Shown here: piece after piece, positions 26,634-37,379 of the stretch | How positions within the stretch are numbered: the first letter of the stretch is position 1 | Layout: every line of letters begins with the position of its first letter | Source: Macrostomum lignano | Lineage: Eukaryota | Assembly (NCBI GenBank): GCA_002269645.1 | Contig: NIVC01000704.1 | Span: 246,996-310,995 of the forward strand | Direction: 5' to 3' | Length of the DNA stretch: 64,000 bases | The notes under the pieces: generated by a model | What the model saw: the letters and a program-made list of their open reading frames with translations, nothing else | The model's database searches: none | What the model was told of the DNA's origin: nothing | Program-made: the position numbers and the translations under genes

Positions 26634-27498
26634 CAGTGTTGGGCAAGTTACTCAAAAAAAGTAACTTGCGTTACTGTAACTTAAGTTACCAATTTTTAAA
26701 AAGTAACTTACGTTAGCCTAGTAACTTTAGACAAAAACCCGGTAACTTTTAAGTTACTGTCCGTTACTCACTTCCGTTACCCATGTTATTAACAAAATTT
26801 TCTGCTTTTTTCACATTGCATTTTTTTACATTGTTGTTACCGAAATTTGCCATTGGGCATTGGGATTAACCGATTAACAGACAGAGACAGCAATTGGCGA
26901 CACGATGTGAGGCAAGTAGAAGGACCGATGGGCAATGGCAATCAATAATTAAAATTATAAATGATAAAATAAACGAATATCAATAATTCAATAGAGTAAA
27001 ATAAATAACTGTATAAAATGGTGTAGTGTACTGCAGTGCCAGTGGAGGGACTTGTGGAGGCTACAGACGAATTTCTTTCTTTGGTTGTTTGTTTGAATCA
27101 AACTTGAAAATTTTTAGTAAATTGAAAATGAGAAATAAAAATTGAAAAATAAAATGAAAGGCGAAAATATTTTACTGAAATTATAACTAAGCAAAACATG
27201 TTTTAAGTATTTCTTCATTAATTAAAGCGCAATACCAAATGATACTATTCACTTAATTTTGAATTAGGAATGAAAAATGCAAAAAAATGTGACAACCGGC
27301 GTAATAGCTAAGCATTTCAGTTTTAAATTTAAATATTGCGATTGTTGCAAAGTAACTGTAACGGACTTCTGAAATTTGAGTAACTTACCGTTACTCCGTT
27401 ACTAAAATAAAAAAGTAACTTGCGTAAGGAACGCTTTACGAAAAAGTAACTTGCGTTACCATTTGCAAGTTACTCGGTAACGGAAGTGCCCAACACTG
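26634..27498. mobile_element. Non-autonomous hAT-type DNA transposon (MITE), 865 bp
   Basis: TIRs CAGTGTTGGGCA / TGCCCAACACTG. Perfect 8-bp TSD GTCAATAT at 26626-26633 and 27499-27506. Many subterminal GTAACT/AGTTAC motifs at both ends; no ORF. Confidence 0.92.
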
Positions 27499-30400
27499 GT
27501 CAATATCCTAAAGCAGAATAAAATCAAATCAACCAAATATTTAGTTTGAATTTGAATTGCAAAATTAATTATCCAAATACCAAATAGTCACTTTGATATA
27601 GAGCAAAGGTTTAGATCAAGTGTTGGTATTGTGGCTCATAAATGAAGAGAAAAAAATAGGGATAGTTGTATTTTAAGGAAAGGTAAAGGGATTAAAGGCA
27701 TAACAAATTGAATATGTTTATGTTGAAAAGACTTGAAAAGCCTTTAGAAAGAATCGAAGCCTAAGAACCTTAAGTTTAAAAAGTCAAGTGTTAGGGATTA
27801 TAGGCTTTTGGTTATATGTAAGGCTAAGGGGAGGGAATTAAGGATGGGAAAACATAGTCTTAAGGAAAAGCAAGGGTGCTTAAGCAATTGTGAACATATT
27901 ATATACTTATATTTGAGGCTTTAGGAAAAATGGAGTATTAATAATCAAGTTTATATAACATAGATTTGGGGGGGGGGGCATTTATTTCTATAAACTCAGA
28001 GGATATCTGTGCTTTTCAATGCCTATGCTTTTTGGTACCTAGCATTTTGGTACTCATTTGCTTTTCAATACCTTAATTATAAACTAAAAATATATAAAAA
28101 TTATAGAAAGTAGATATTAATCTAAAAATGAATGCTCAGCATTTTTGCTGAAAATAAAAAAATATTTTTCTTTAAGTTTTTATTTTTAATAAAAATTTTC
28201 TTTTTTTCCTAATGATTTGATATTTCCATTAGTCTATTTCTAATTCTTAGGCCTAGGTCTCTTTATAGTAATCAATAAAAAGGGCAATCCTTTGGTTTAC
28301 ACTTTCTATTTGGCCAGTTTCAGTTTATAATCACCTTATATTTTGCTCATTGTAGTGCGAAAATGGTGTGTTCAAAACTGGCTGACAAAAAATGCAAAAT
28401 TGAAAGTGTGATTTGTTGGATGATGCTTATTTATCAGCTTTGATATACAATCATTTGAATATGTAATGCATATAGAAACAATTATGAACCAAAGCTGGGT
28501 TAAATCAATACTGTATATAATGCACATGCATTTAAGGTAAAAGTAATATTGCCAGCTTTGGTTTAGGATCATTTCAGCAGAGTGCATGTGTGGAAATGAT
28601 TGTAAACTGAAGGTGAGAAAGGGTGCGAAGGTAAGGAAAGATTTTGATACCCTTAATCTAGAAAAAGTAGCAGTTTTTTGCATGTGACTATTTGTCATAT
28701 TTGACACACCTTCTTATAGCCAGCTTTGGTTTATAATCATTTTAATGGGCAACAAATTTGGCTGATTGCAAACCAAAAGTGATAGATATTATAACCTACA
28801 ATAATCTTACCATCCTTTGAAATAAACAAAGTTAGTTTGCCAACTTTTGATTTCTTTCATTTGAAACCATTGTTGGTTTTTATATTTTTATGTAAAATTA
28901 TAAATATATATAGAATATATAGTTTTTATGTAAAATTATAAATATATATAGAAGGCCTCTTTTCTTTTATTTGTACACAAAATCTAACTTTCTATGCTAT
29001 TTTAAAATTTGCATGTTTTTAGGAAAACAATTTGTTTTAATATTCATTTCTCAAAATATTTTTGAAATTTATTTTTTGTTATAAATGAACTGAAATTTTA
29101 GTATAAATAGACATGAATTTTAGGCGAGGAGAGGCATGTTTGTTGGAGCTTTAAATCAGCCTTCAACTTAATGGTTAGTTGAGAAATCTTTTAGTGAATT
29201 CCAAAGAAATATTTCAAGAAGTGTTTTTCCATGTTAATTCATTTTCTAAGTGAAGTGAAATAGAAGGAAGAGCATATAGTATATACTACTGAGAAATAGA
29301 ATGTTGGAAAGAGAAGAAATACGAAGTAGATCTCAAAACATATAAAGGGCCATGACCCTCTAATCCTAGTAACTCTCAGGACTGGAGAGAACATACATCC
29401 AGTATATATACCAGTAGACTAGGCCTATATACTACTTAGGCCAGAATAACAGTAAGAATGCTACAAGAATAATAGTGAGAATACTACGAATACCAGAATA
29501 ACAATAAGAACACTACGAGAATAATAATAAGAATGTTACCTGTGAGAACATATACCAAGAATGATACTCAGAATAATTTGCAGACTAATACTCTGACCTA
29601 TGCTTAGATTATTAAATAAATATACTTAGACAAATGCTCAGACTTATACTAAAAACTTTAATTTTCTTAGACTTATTCTAGGAAAATAAATTCATAATAG
29701 AATAGTCTTGGCGGCAACAATAAAACATTTAAGAGACAGAAAAAAAGCCTATCACAACTTTGATGGCAGTTTATAAGATTTCCTAGCATATAGTAAATAT
29801 GCCTATAACAACTTGGTGGCTTAATGGTGAAATTTTCAAGAGAAAACAATCAGCTCTGTAACATGTAATATATAATTTCAAATAATATATATATAGCATA
29901 GGCCTAATTAATATATAATTATAAAAATATAGTAAATATTAAATACAATGTTAGTATTCATATGTATATAATATTAAAAGGAAATATCTGGACTGTATAT
30001 CTTATTCTTAAAAATATTTAAAGTAAAGATTTTGAATCAGTTTTTAAAAGTACAAGTGTCAATGTCAAGTATATCTAAAAATTCAAAATATTACCCAAAA
30101 GACCCAAAAAATTTAACTTAAACCTTTTTGTTTACTATGAATAAACTCTGCAACAGGAAAACAAATGCGTTATCATCATTGGATGGAGGTGGGGCCAGGG
30201 ATCATACTGTTATTGTTTTTTGTCATTTTAAGTCAATACTGTTTATGTTCAAACGAAAAATTAATTTAACAAATGAAAGAGGAAAATTGCCCTATATTTT
30301 TCTTTTTCTTTTTTAGAAGTTGTTTTGTCTGCTGGCAGACAAAAAGGTAGCAGACAAAATGACTGTGCACCAGCCACACCACATTGTTTGTGGCCTGGCT

Positions 30401-32091
30401 TGCCTATAGACTAATGTCAATTGATGACTAAATTAATGTTTACATTTTAGTTTCCTTTATCTTAGGCTGCTAGAGTGCTAGGCCCATTTCTGACAGAAAA
30501 AACAACTCAATAGAAAATTATATCATGGAGATTAAGAGATTATGCCCTAGAATGAGATGGATCATGGATGCGAGTCATGGGACTAATAAAATAGAATTAA
30601 GTCCTGAACCTTAGACAGATAAATTAAGGGCCGAGAGTAGAAGCAAACTATATATGCTCTAGCATGAGTAGCATAGCCAGAATCATATTAGTGCAGGTTG
30701 TGTTAATTATGGCGCGAGAGAGAGCTTCCCCATTGTTGCTTTCTTGATAGCTCTACGCTTCTGAGTAGAGAAATTTCCAGTTTGAATATCGAATAATGAC
30801 GGTTTAAACAAGTACCGTAAGCTGATAAATGAAGTTTTTCGGATCTTTCATAAGTGATTTTTTTCTCTCTGAATGATTAAATATTTTGTTATACTGCTTT
30901 AATTTTTAATTAAATGTAGGTTAACACGATAACCTACAAAATAACGAAAAAGCAATTATGAAACTACAACTAGATGAACTAGCAGAAGAAAAGGAATTAA
31001 AATAAACAGTTTTTATAGGTGTAAACAACTTTGTTTTTTATGTCTTAAGTAAATGACTGAACGAATAACTTAATGGTCGTTCTCTACGTTGAGTATTCTC
31101 AATTTAAGCTACATCATGAACCATTCATGCACTCACTTTGTCATTTGTTTTACAGCAGACACCACTGTAACAATGACACAAACACGGGCACAAAATACAC
31201 AATAGTTTGTGGAAAAATGATTTCATTTCCTATGACTACTGCATCTTCGTTGCATCGTTGCTTCGTTGCTTTGTTGCATACTGCATCGTCGAGTGTTGCG
31301 GTAACTTTTAGTTGGATATCCTATATGTAGAATCCTAAATTTCCAGCCTTTTAAAGTAAATTTACGCCCCTTAACTGAGTTTTGATGACTGTATATAAAT
31401 CATATTTATATGCACTGATTTTCGTTTCGCGTTTATAATATAAGGCCGAACTTATAAGCTTATGTAAGCTTACACTTGATTGCTGTTGCACTGTTGCTTG
31501 GGTATAAGCTAATAAGGCCGAAGAACATACATGCAGATTTCATATTTTTCATACTACTTGATCTATGCCACTCATTGAATGCGTTGTCGTAGAATCTAAT
31601 GTGAACTGGACGAAAGTATAAGGTCGAGGTTAAGCTACAGTACTAAACTCAATTTTTGTATAGCTACGATCGAGTGTACAAAACAACCACTATTCTGCTT
31701 GGTCTGCTCTTCCAATGAAAACTTTCGATCATATAGTTAACATTACTGAAAATTCTTCAATTACTGATCATTAAATGAAATAATCTTGTTTTCTTTTACC
31801 ATCTGGCTTTAATCATACGCGTTTATTGTTCGTGCAAAATTAATTACAAATCTCGAGAGTTCTATTAGAATGAGTGCCATAAACCTCGCGCGAAAAATCA
31901 ATAAAATTGAGCAATCAAGTTTGTGATTCATGCAAACAGATTTCATAGCATGTAGTTATTTATTTAAAACAATTCACGATAAAAATTTTGCTTTGGGGTT
32001 GGGATACACATTTATCGAACTTTAGTTATGCTAGTTATGCCTCAATGTTCCGGCAACTTCCTCAGCTCAAACTGCAGGAAAACTGCGGCTG

Positions 32092-33204
32092 CTAGTTGCA
32101 GGACGCGCTGTTGCAATTCTCGCACTTGCAGTTCTCGCACTTGCAGTTCTCGCACTTGCAGTTCTCGCACTTGCAGTTCTCGCACTTGCAGTTGTCGCAC
32201 TTGCAGTTCTCGCATTTGCAGTTCTCGCATTTGCAGTTCTCGCATTTGCAGTTCTCGCACTTGCAGTTCTCGCACTTGCAGTTCTCGCACTTGCAGTTCT
32301 CGCACTTGCAGTTCTCGCACTTGCAGTTCTCGCACTTGCAGTTGTCGCACTTGCAGTTCTCGCATTTGCAGTTCTCGCATTTGCAGTTCTCGCATTTGCA
32401 GTTCTCGCATTTGCAGTTCTCGCATTTGCAGTTCTCGCATTTGCAGTTCTCGCATTTGCAGTTCTCGCATTTGCAGTTCTCGCATTTGCAGTTCTCTCAT
32501 TTGCAGTTCTCGCATTTGAAGTTCTTGCACTTGCAGTTCTCGCATTTGCAGTCTTTGCACTTGCAGTTCTCGCACTTGCAGTTCTCGCACTTGCAGTTCT
32601 CGCATTTGCAGTCTTTACACTTGCAGTTCTCGCACTTGCAGTTCTCGCACTTGCACTTCTCGCATTTGCAGTCTTTACACTTGCAGTCTTTGCATTTGCA
32701 GTTCTCGCACTTGCAGTCTTTACACTTGCAGTCTTTACACTTGCAGTCTTTACACTTGCAGTCTTTACACTTGCAGTCTTTACACTTGCAGTCTTTACAC
32801 TTGCAGTCTTTACACTTGCAGTCTTTACACTTGCAGTCTTTACACTTGCAGTTCTCACATTTGCAGTTCTCGCACTTGCAGTTCTCGCACTTGCAGTTCT
32901 CGCATTTGCAGTCTTTACACTTGCAGTCTTTACACTTGCAGTTCTCGCACTTGCAGTCTTTGCACTTGCAGTTCTCGCATTTGCAGTCTTTGCACTTGCA
33001 GTTCTCGCACTTGCAGTTCTCGCATTTGCAGTCTTTGCACTTGCAGTTCTCGCACTTGCAGTTCTCGCATTTGCAGTCTTTACACTTGCAGTTCTCGCAC
33101 TTGCAGTCTTTGCACTTGCAGTTCTCGCTCTTGCAGTTCTCGCACTTGCAGTTCTCGCACTTGCAGTTCTCGCACTTGCATGTGGGGCAACTTGGCTTGT
33201 CCAT
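32092..33204 (-). CDS. Giant Cys-rich metallothionein-like protein: MDKPSCPT-(CKCEN/CKCKD)x71-CNSASCN*, 370 codons with an in-frame TGA at 32497-32499
   Basis: The single frame has a unique N-terminus with ATG (33204) and a unique C-terminus ending in TAG (32092-32094). About 140 Cys in a CxCxx periodicity, with no aromatic residues except one Phe. TATA box about 100 nt upstream; AATAAA about 125 nt downstream. Confidence 0.72.
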
Positions 33205-33302
33205 TGTTAAAAGGTTAAACAATAAGCGTCGCAGAGCTCAGATCGGAGAATCCTCTTTTTCCTATCGCTTCGGGCTTCTCCGCCAGCCCAGCTGGGGGGT
33301 TA

Positions 33303-33383
33303 TTTATAGGCCACCCGCCTAGGTGTCTCGCAGCGATAACGTTTCTTTCTGCGCAACTTTTCGTCAGGTTTTGTCCCACGTGA
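33303..33383 (-). promoter_or_regulatory. Promoter of the metallothionein-like gene: TATA box and E-box
   Basis: Minus-strand CTATAAATA (TATAAA at 33308-33303) and CACGTG at 33378-33383. Confidence 0.55.
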
Positions 33384-33804
33384 CCCGCACGAATGCGCTG
33401 CTACGCGCATCTACTGAAGTGACTGAGCCCGGACTCACATTAATGGGAGCGCATTCAGTGCATTTGGCTCCCAGCTTTCCGTAGAGGCTTCACAATTAAT
33501 GTGAGCCATGCATGGGTTTCTGGGAAACACTTCACACCTTTGGATGTTGGTTCCCAGAAATGGGGCCTAGCCGTCAAAATTGTCTCTGTTGGAATTGAGC
33601 TGATTTCCCAGAAATGGGGTCAAAGAGCATGGCCGTTTGGGAAGCATTTTCTATTGCCAACTGGCATGACTTGAGGTGTGCCAAGCAGAAATTTGTTCAT
33701 TTTGCTGCACTTCCGATTCAACTACACACCGTGTGTTTGCTGTTCACGAGACTTCGAGACTTTTGCTTGCTGATAAACAGATTGAATAATTGAATAGTAT
33801 GCTC

Positions 33805-34445
33805 ATAGGCCTGCTACTGCCTGTGACAGATACTCATAGCAAAGCTCATAGGCCTGCTACTGCCTGTGTCAGATGCCCATAAGTCCATAACCCAGCTAAT
33901 GCCAGTGTCAGATGCTCATCATAGCCCAGCTACTGCCAGTGTCAGATGCTCATAGCAAAGCTCATAGGCCTGCTACTGCCTGTGTCAGATGCCCATAACC
34001 CAGCTATGCTAGTGCCAGATGCTCATAGACCAGCTCATAGTTCTGCTACTGCCTGTGTCAGATGCCCATAAGTCCATAACCCAGCTAATGCCAGTTTCAT
34101 ATGCTCATAGCCCAGCTCATAGCCCAGCTCATAGCCCAGCTACTGCCAGTGTCAGATGCTCATAGCAAAGCTCATAGGCCTGCTACTGCCTGTGTCAGAT
34201 GCCCATAACCCAGCTAATGCCAGTGCCAGATGCTTATAGCCCAGCTACTGCCAGTGTCAGATGCTCATAGCAAAGCTCATAGCCCAGCTACTGCCTGTGT
34301 CAGGTGCTCATAGCCCAGCTCATATCCCAACTCAGAACCCAGCTCATAGGCCAGCTACTGCCTGTGTCAGATGCCCATAACCCAGCTCATATCCCAGCTC
34401 AGAACCCAGCTCATAGGCCAGCCATTGCCAGTGTCAGATGCTCAT
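33805..34445. repeat. Degenerate composite tandem repeat (cccagctactgccagtgtcagatgctcatag)
   Basis: Recurring 10-30-bp modules. Confidence 0.8.
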
Positions 34446-34552
34446 AACCGAACTGCATGGTATAACATAGGGATTGAGAAATCTATGGAAGCATCCAGCC
34501 TCAAGTCTTAGATTTACACCGTATGATTGAATGCACTAAAGCTGCATGCGGC

Positions 34553-35089
34553 TCAGGTTTCCACAACAGTCAACTGCCTTGAACTGTCAACACCCAGTTG
34601 TTCACTCCCTGAAGCAGTCGCTATCCGCAGTCTCTGGTGTTGCGCCTCACTGTTGCGGCGGCTGCTGCAGTCGTCGGCCGGCGAGGAGTCGCTGCGCTGG
34701 CCGCCTCCGCTGCTGCAGCCGCTGGTGCTGGCGTCTCCAGCGCCGCCAGCCGTGATATTCGACTGCCGGCTGCTGTCCCTCCGCGGACCGCCGCCAGGTC
34801 GTGACGAAGAGGACATCGACGAGGACATCCTGGTCCACCGGCTGCCCGGCCGGGACGCCGACGACCACATGGCGTTGATCTCGGAGCGGTCAGCCTCGGT
34901 GCTTCGCCAGATGACGCCCTTCTTCACCAGCAGCCACAGCACCAGGCCGACAGCGGCCGCAGCCAGCAGGAAGGCGCAGACGAAGATGAGGGCGATGCCC
35001 GGCACGGTGAGGCCGCCTGCCTCCGAGGACGTCTGCAGCAAAGCCTGCGGGCTGGTTGCGTTGGCGGCCTCATCGGGTGCTGCGGCCAT
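34553..35089 (-). CDS. Uncharacterised single-pass membrane protein with a Ser/Gly-rich cytoplasmic tail (~178 aa)
   Basis: Hydrophobic segment GIALIFVCAFLLAAAAVGLVLWLLV followed by KK. GC3-rich codons; AG acceptor 4 nt upstream of ATG 35089. The ORF is open to 35248, so the start is uncertain. Confidence 0.65.
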   Translation of the reverse strand: MAAAPDEAANATSPQALLQTSSEAGGLTVPGIALIFVCAFLLAAAAVGLVLWLLVKKGVIWRSTEADRSEINAMWSSASRPGSRWTRMSSSMSSSSRPGGGPRRDSSRQSNITAGGAGDASTSGCSSGGGQRSDSSPADDCSSRRNSEAQHQRLRIATASGSEQLGVDSSRQLTVVET

Positions 35090-35851
35090 TGCGCTGCGGT
35101 CAGCCCCGCCGGCATTGCCGGGCAGTTTTATCGAGCTGGTCAAAGCGGATTTGAGCAAGCCGACAGCCAGCTTTGTCTCTATGGCCCAGCCAGTCCAATT
35201 ACCGTCAGCCCTAAGCCTTTGAAGCGGATACAAGTCAGTGTTGCTCATTGAGTTGGGAAACTCTTTTTTTGAGCCTGTGCTGTTGCAGCGCTCGTTATGA
35301 AATTATCGCTAATTGCTGTTCAGAATGGTGAACCGGGCGTTCATTATTTATGAATTTTATCGTAAAATAGCATTCTGCTCAGCGAAATTTGTATATTTTT
35401 AACTGAAAAAAATCTATAAACGGAAGACAAAAGCGGAAATTCGATTGAAAAAATCTCACAGCACCGACAGGAAACTGGGTCAGATTCGGTGAAAAAATGG
35501 AAGACACAGGATGAGTTGAGATTAGTGCACCAGCGATACAAACAGGTTTTGCTTATATAAAACAATTCTTTGTACTTGGGTTTGCTATGTACAAAAATAT
35601 TGATTTTTTTCCAAGCTTACATGTGCGTCATGAAAAACGACAATTGAATATATAACTTCTTTTCTTTGAAATTCTTTGAAATGATCATACATTGACTTGT
35701 GAGACAAGCCTAACCAGCTGTGTACTAACCGCGCCCAAACTCTGCTTAACCTGCAGCTGCTGACAGCGATTGGGGAAAACGGGAGCTTGAAGCCACAGAC
35801 AGTAAATCTCTATAAAAAGCAAACAGACAATTAGTTTTCTTTCTGACTTTC

Positions 35852-36060
35852 GATCACAAGGCTGTTGGCGGATTCTGATTGGCCGGCAGCCCCGATCACA
35901 AGGCTGTTGGCGGATTCTGATTGGCCGGCAGCCCCGATCACAAGGCTGTTGGCGGATTCTGATTGGCCGGCAGCCCCGATCACAAGGCTGTTGGCGGATT
36001 CTGATTGGCCGGCAGCCCCGATCACAAGGCTGTTGGCGGATTCTGATTGGCCGGCAGCCC
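35852..36060. repeat. 39-bp tandem repeat derived from the last codons and stop of the lectin gene
   Basis: About 5 copies of gatcacaaggctgttggcggattctgattggccggcagc, which on the minus strand reads LPANQNPPTAL-TGA. Confidence 0.9.
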
Positions 36061-37379
36061 AGCCTCCACGAAGCCGTCATAGACGGGCGGCTCGGATTCC
36101 AGGTCGATGCTGGCGGGCGACACGGGGAAATTCGGCGGTCCATCGTCCAGCTCGTAGTCCGGGGGCCGCCGGGCCGCCAGCTTGGCATCGATCCGCCAGC
36201 GCCTGACGCTGTGCACGAAGCAGGCAATGACCCCGGCTGTGATGGCAGCCAGGATCACGACGCAAATGCTGACCAAGTAAAAGTACATCCGACGCCCCGA
36301 CTCGGCGAATTCGTCGCTGACAGACACGGTGACCACGGCGCTTCGGCAGTCCACGCAGTTGGCACTGTGGGCGGAGAAGAAGTCGAAGGTGCCGCCTGGC
36401 GGAGCAGCGCAGATGAAAGGCCGCCTGTCCGAGCAATCGTTGCGGTAGAGCTGCGCCTCTCGGTACAGAGCGCACTGGCAGGCCGCCACGGACCGGCCGC
36501 AGTCGTACTTGTAAGGCGGAAGGGTGCTGCGGAGGGAGCGGCGTTATTTCAATTTTTTAAATTCATTTCAAATAGCAGGTAATTGGGAGAGAATAGAGTG
36601 AGACGGAGAGTAGGAAAAGCAGTGCAATTCAGCTCTGTGGCAGCCTACCTGCCGACCAGCAGGCGGGAGCCGTTGATGTAGGCCCAATTGCCCTCAGCGG
36701 TGAGGCGGGCGCCAATCCAGTAGCCGAAGCCGGTGCGCAACCGGTTGCCGAAGAACAGGTAAGACAGGGCCCAGGCCGTGGGGTCCGAGGCTGACGTTGT
36801 GAACAGATTGGCGCCGACTCGCTCACAGGCGTGCTGCGCGTCCATAAAGCTCAGGAAATTGTTGGTGCCCGCGGACACCATCAGGCAGCCGCCGGGCCAT
36901 GGCATCGACCAGCCATCGGACGCCGGAGGGCAGGCGCTGGGCGCGACGAGGTCGGCCCGCAAAGTCAGGTGGCCCACGCGAAGGGTCAAGTCCAGCGAGA
37001 AGGCGCCCGACCGGATCAGCTTCCGCTCCAGGATGGCGCTGTTGAGCTGGGAGGTGCCGCTCCAGGCGGTAACGTCGGCTCCGTCGCGGACAACAAGATC
37101 GCCGTCGGCCCCGCTGCTGGACTCGAGCCACAGGTACCAGCGCCCGGCGCCCGAAGCGGCAGTCACGCTCAGCTGGCAGGAAGCTGGCGCAGAAGCGGCG
37201 TTAGCCACCACTTCGAGATGGTCGACCCCAGGACCCACGGGCGGTAGGTGGCCTCCAGAGCAGTTGAGCTCAAGCTGGCTGGATGGCCGGCCCAGCAGAG
37301 TGAGCAGCAGGGCCAGCAGCAGCAGCTGCCCACCCAGAAAATTACAGCGGTAAAAAGACATGCACAAAAATGGATGCAT
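36022..37379 (-). CDS. Type I membrane protein with a signal peptide, a CUB-like region and a C-type lectin domain; exons ~37379-36649 and 36526-36022
   Basis: Signal-like LLLLALLLTLLG; CTLD motifs GGCLMV, SFMDAQHACERVGANL, YWIGAR and DCSDRRPFIC. Phase-2 GT/AG intron. TM segment YFYLVSICVVILAAITAGVIACFV, then RR and a cytoplasmic PPDY / PPVY. Start uncertain (37379 or 37361). Confidence 0.75.

Noticed and set aside
31900-31950. SECIS-like ATGA..AA..GA downstream of the metallothionein-like gene
   Set aside because: Poor stem pairing, wrong spacing, and it lies beyond the first AATAAA.
32042-33322. Alternative frames over the Cys array (MRELQ, TANAR, LQFSH)
   Set aside because: Shadow frames of the same 15-bp repeat; the unit variation is best explained as preserving the Cys frame.
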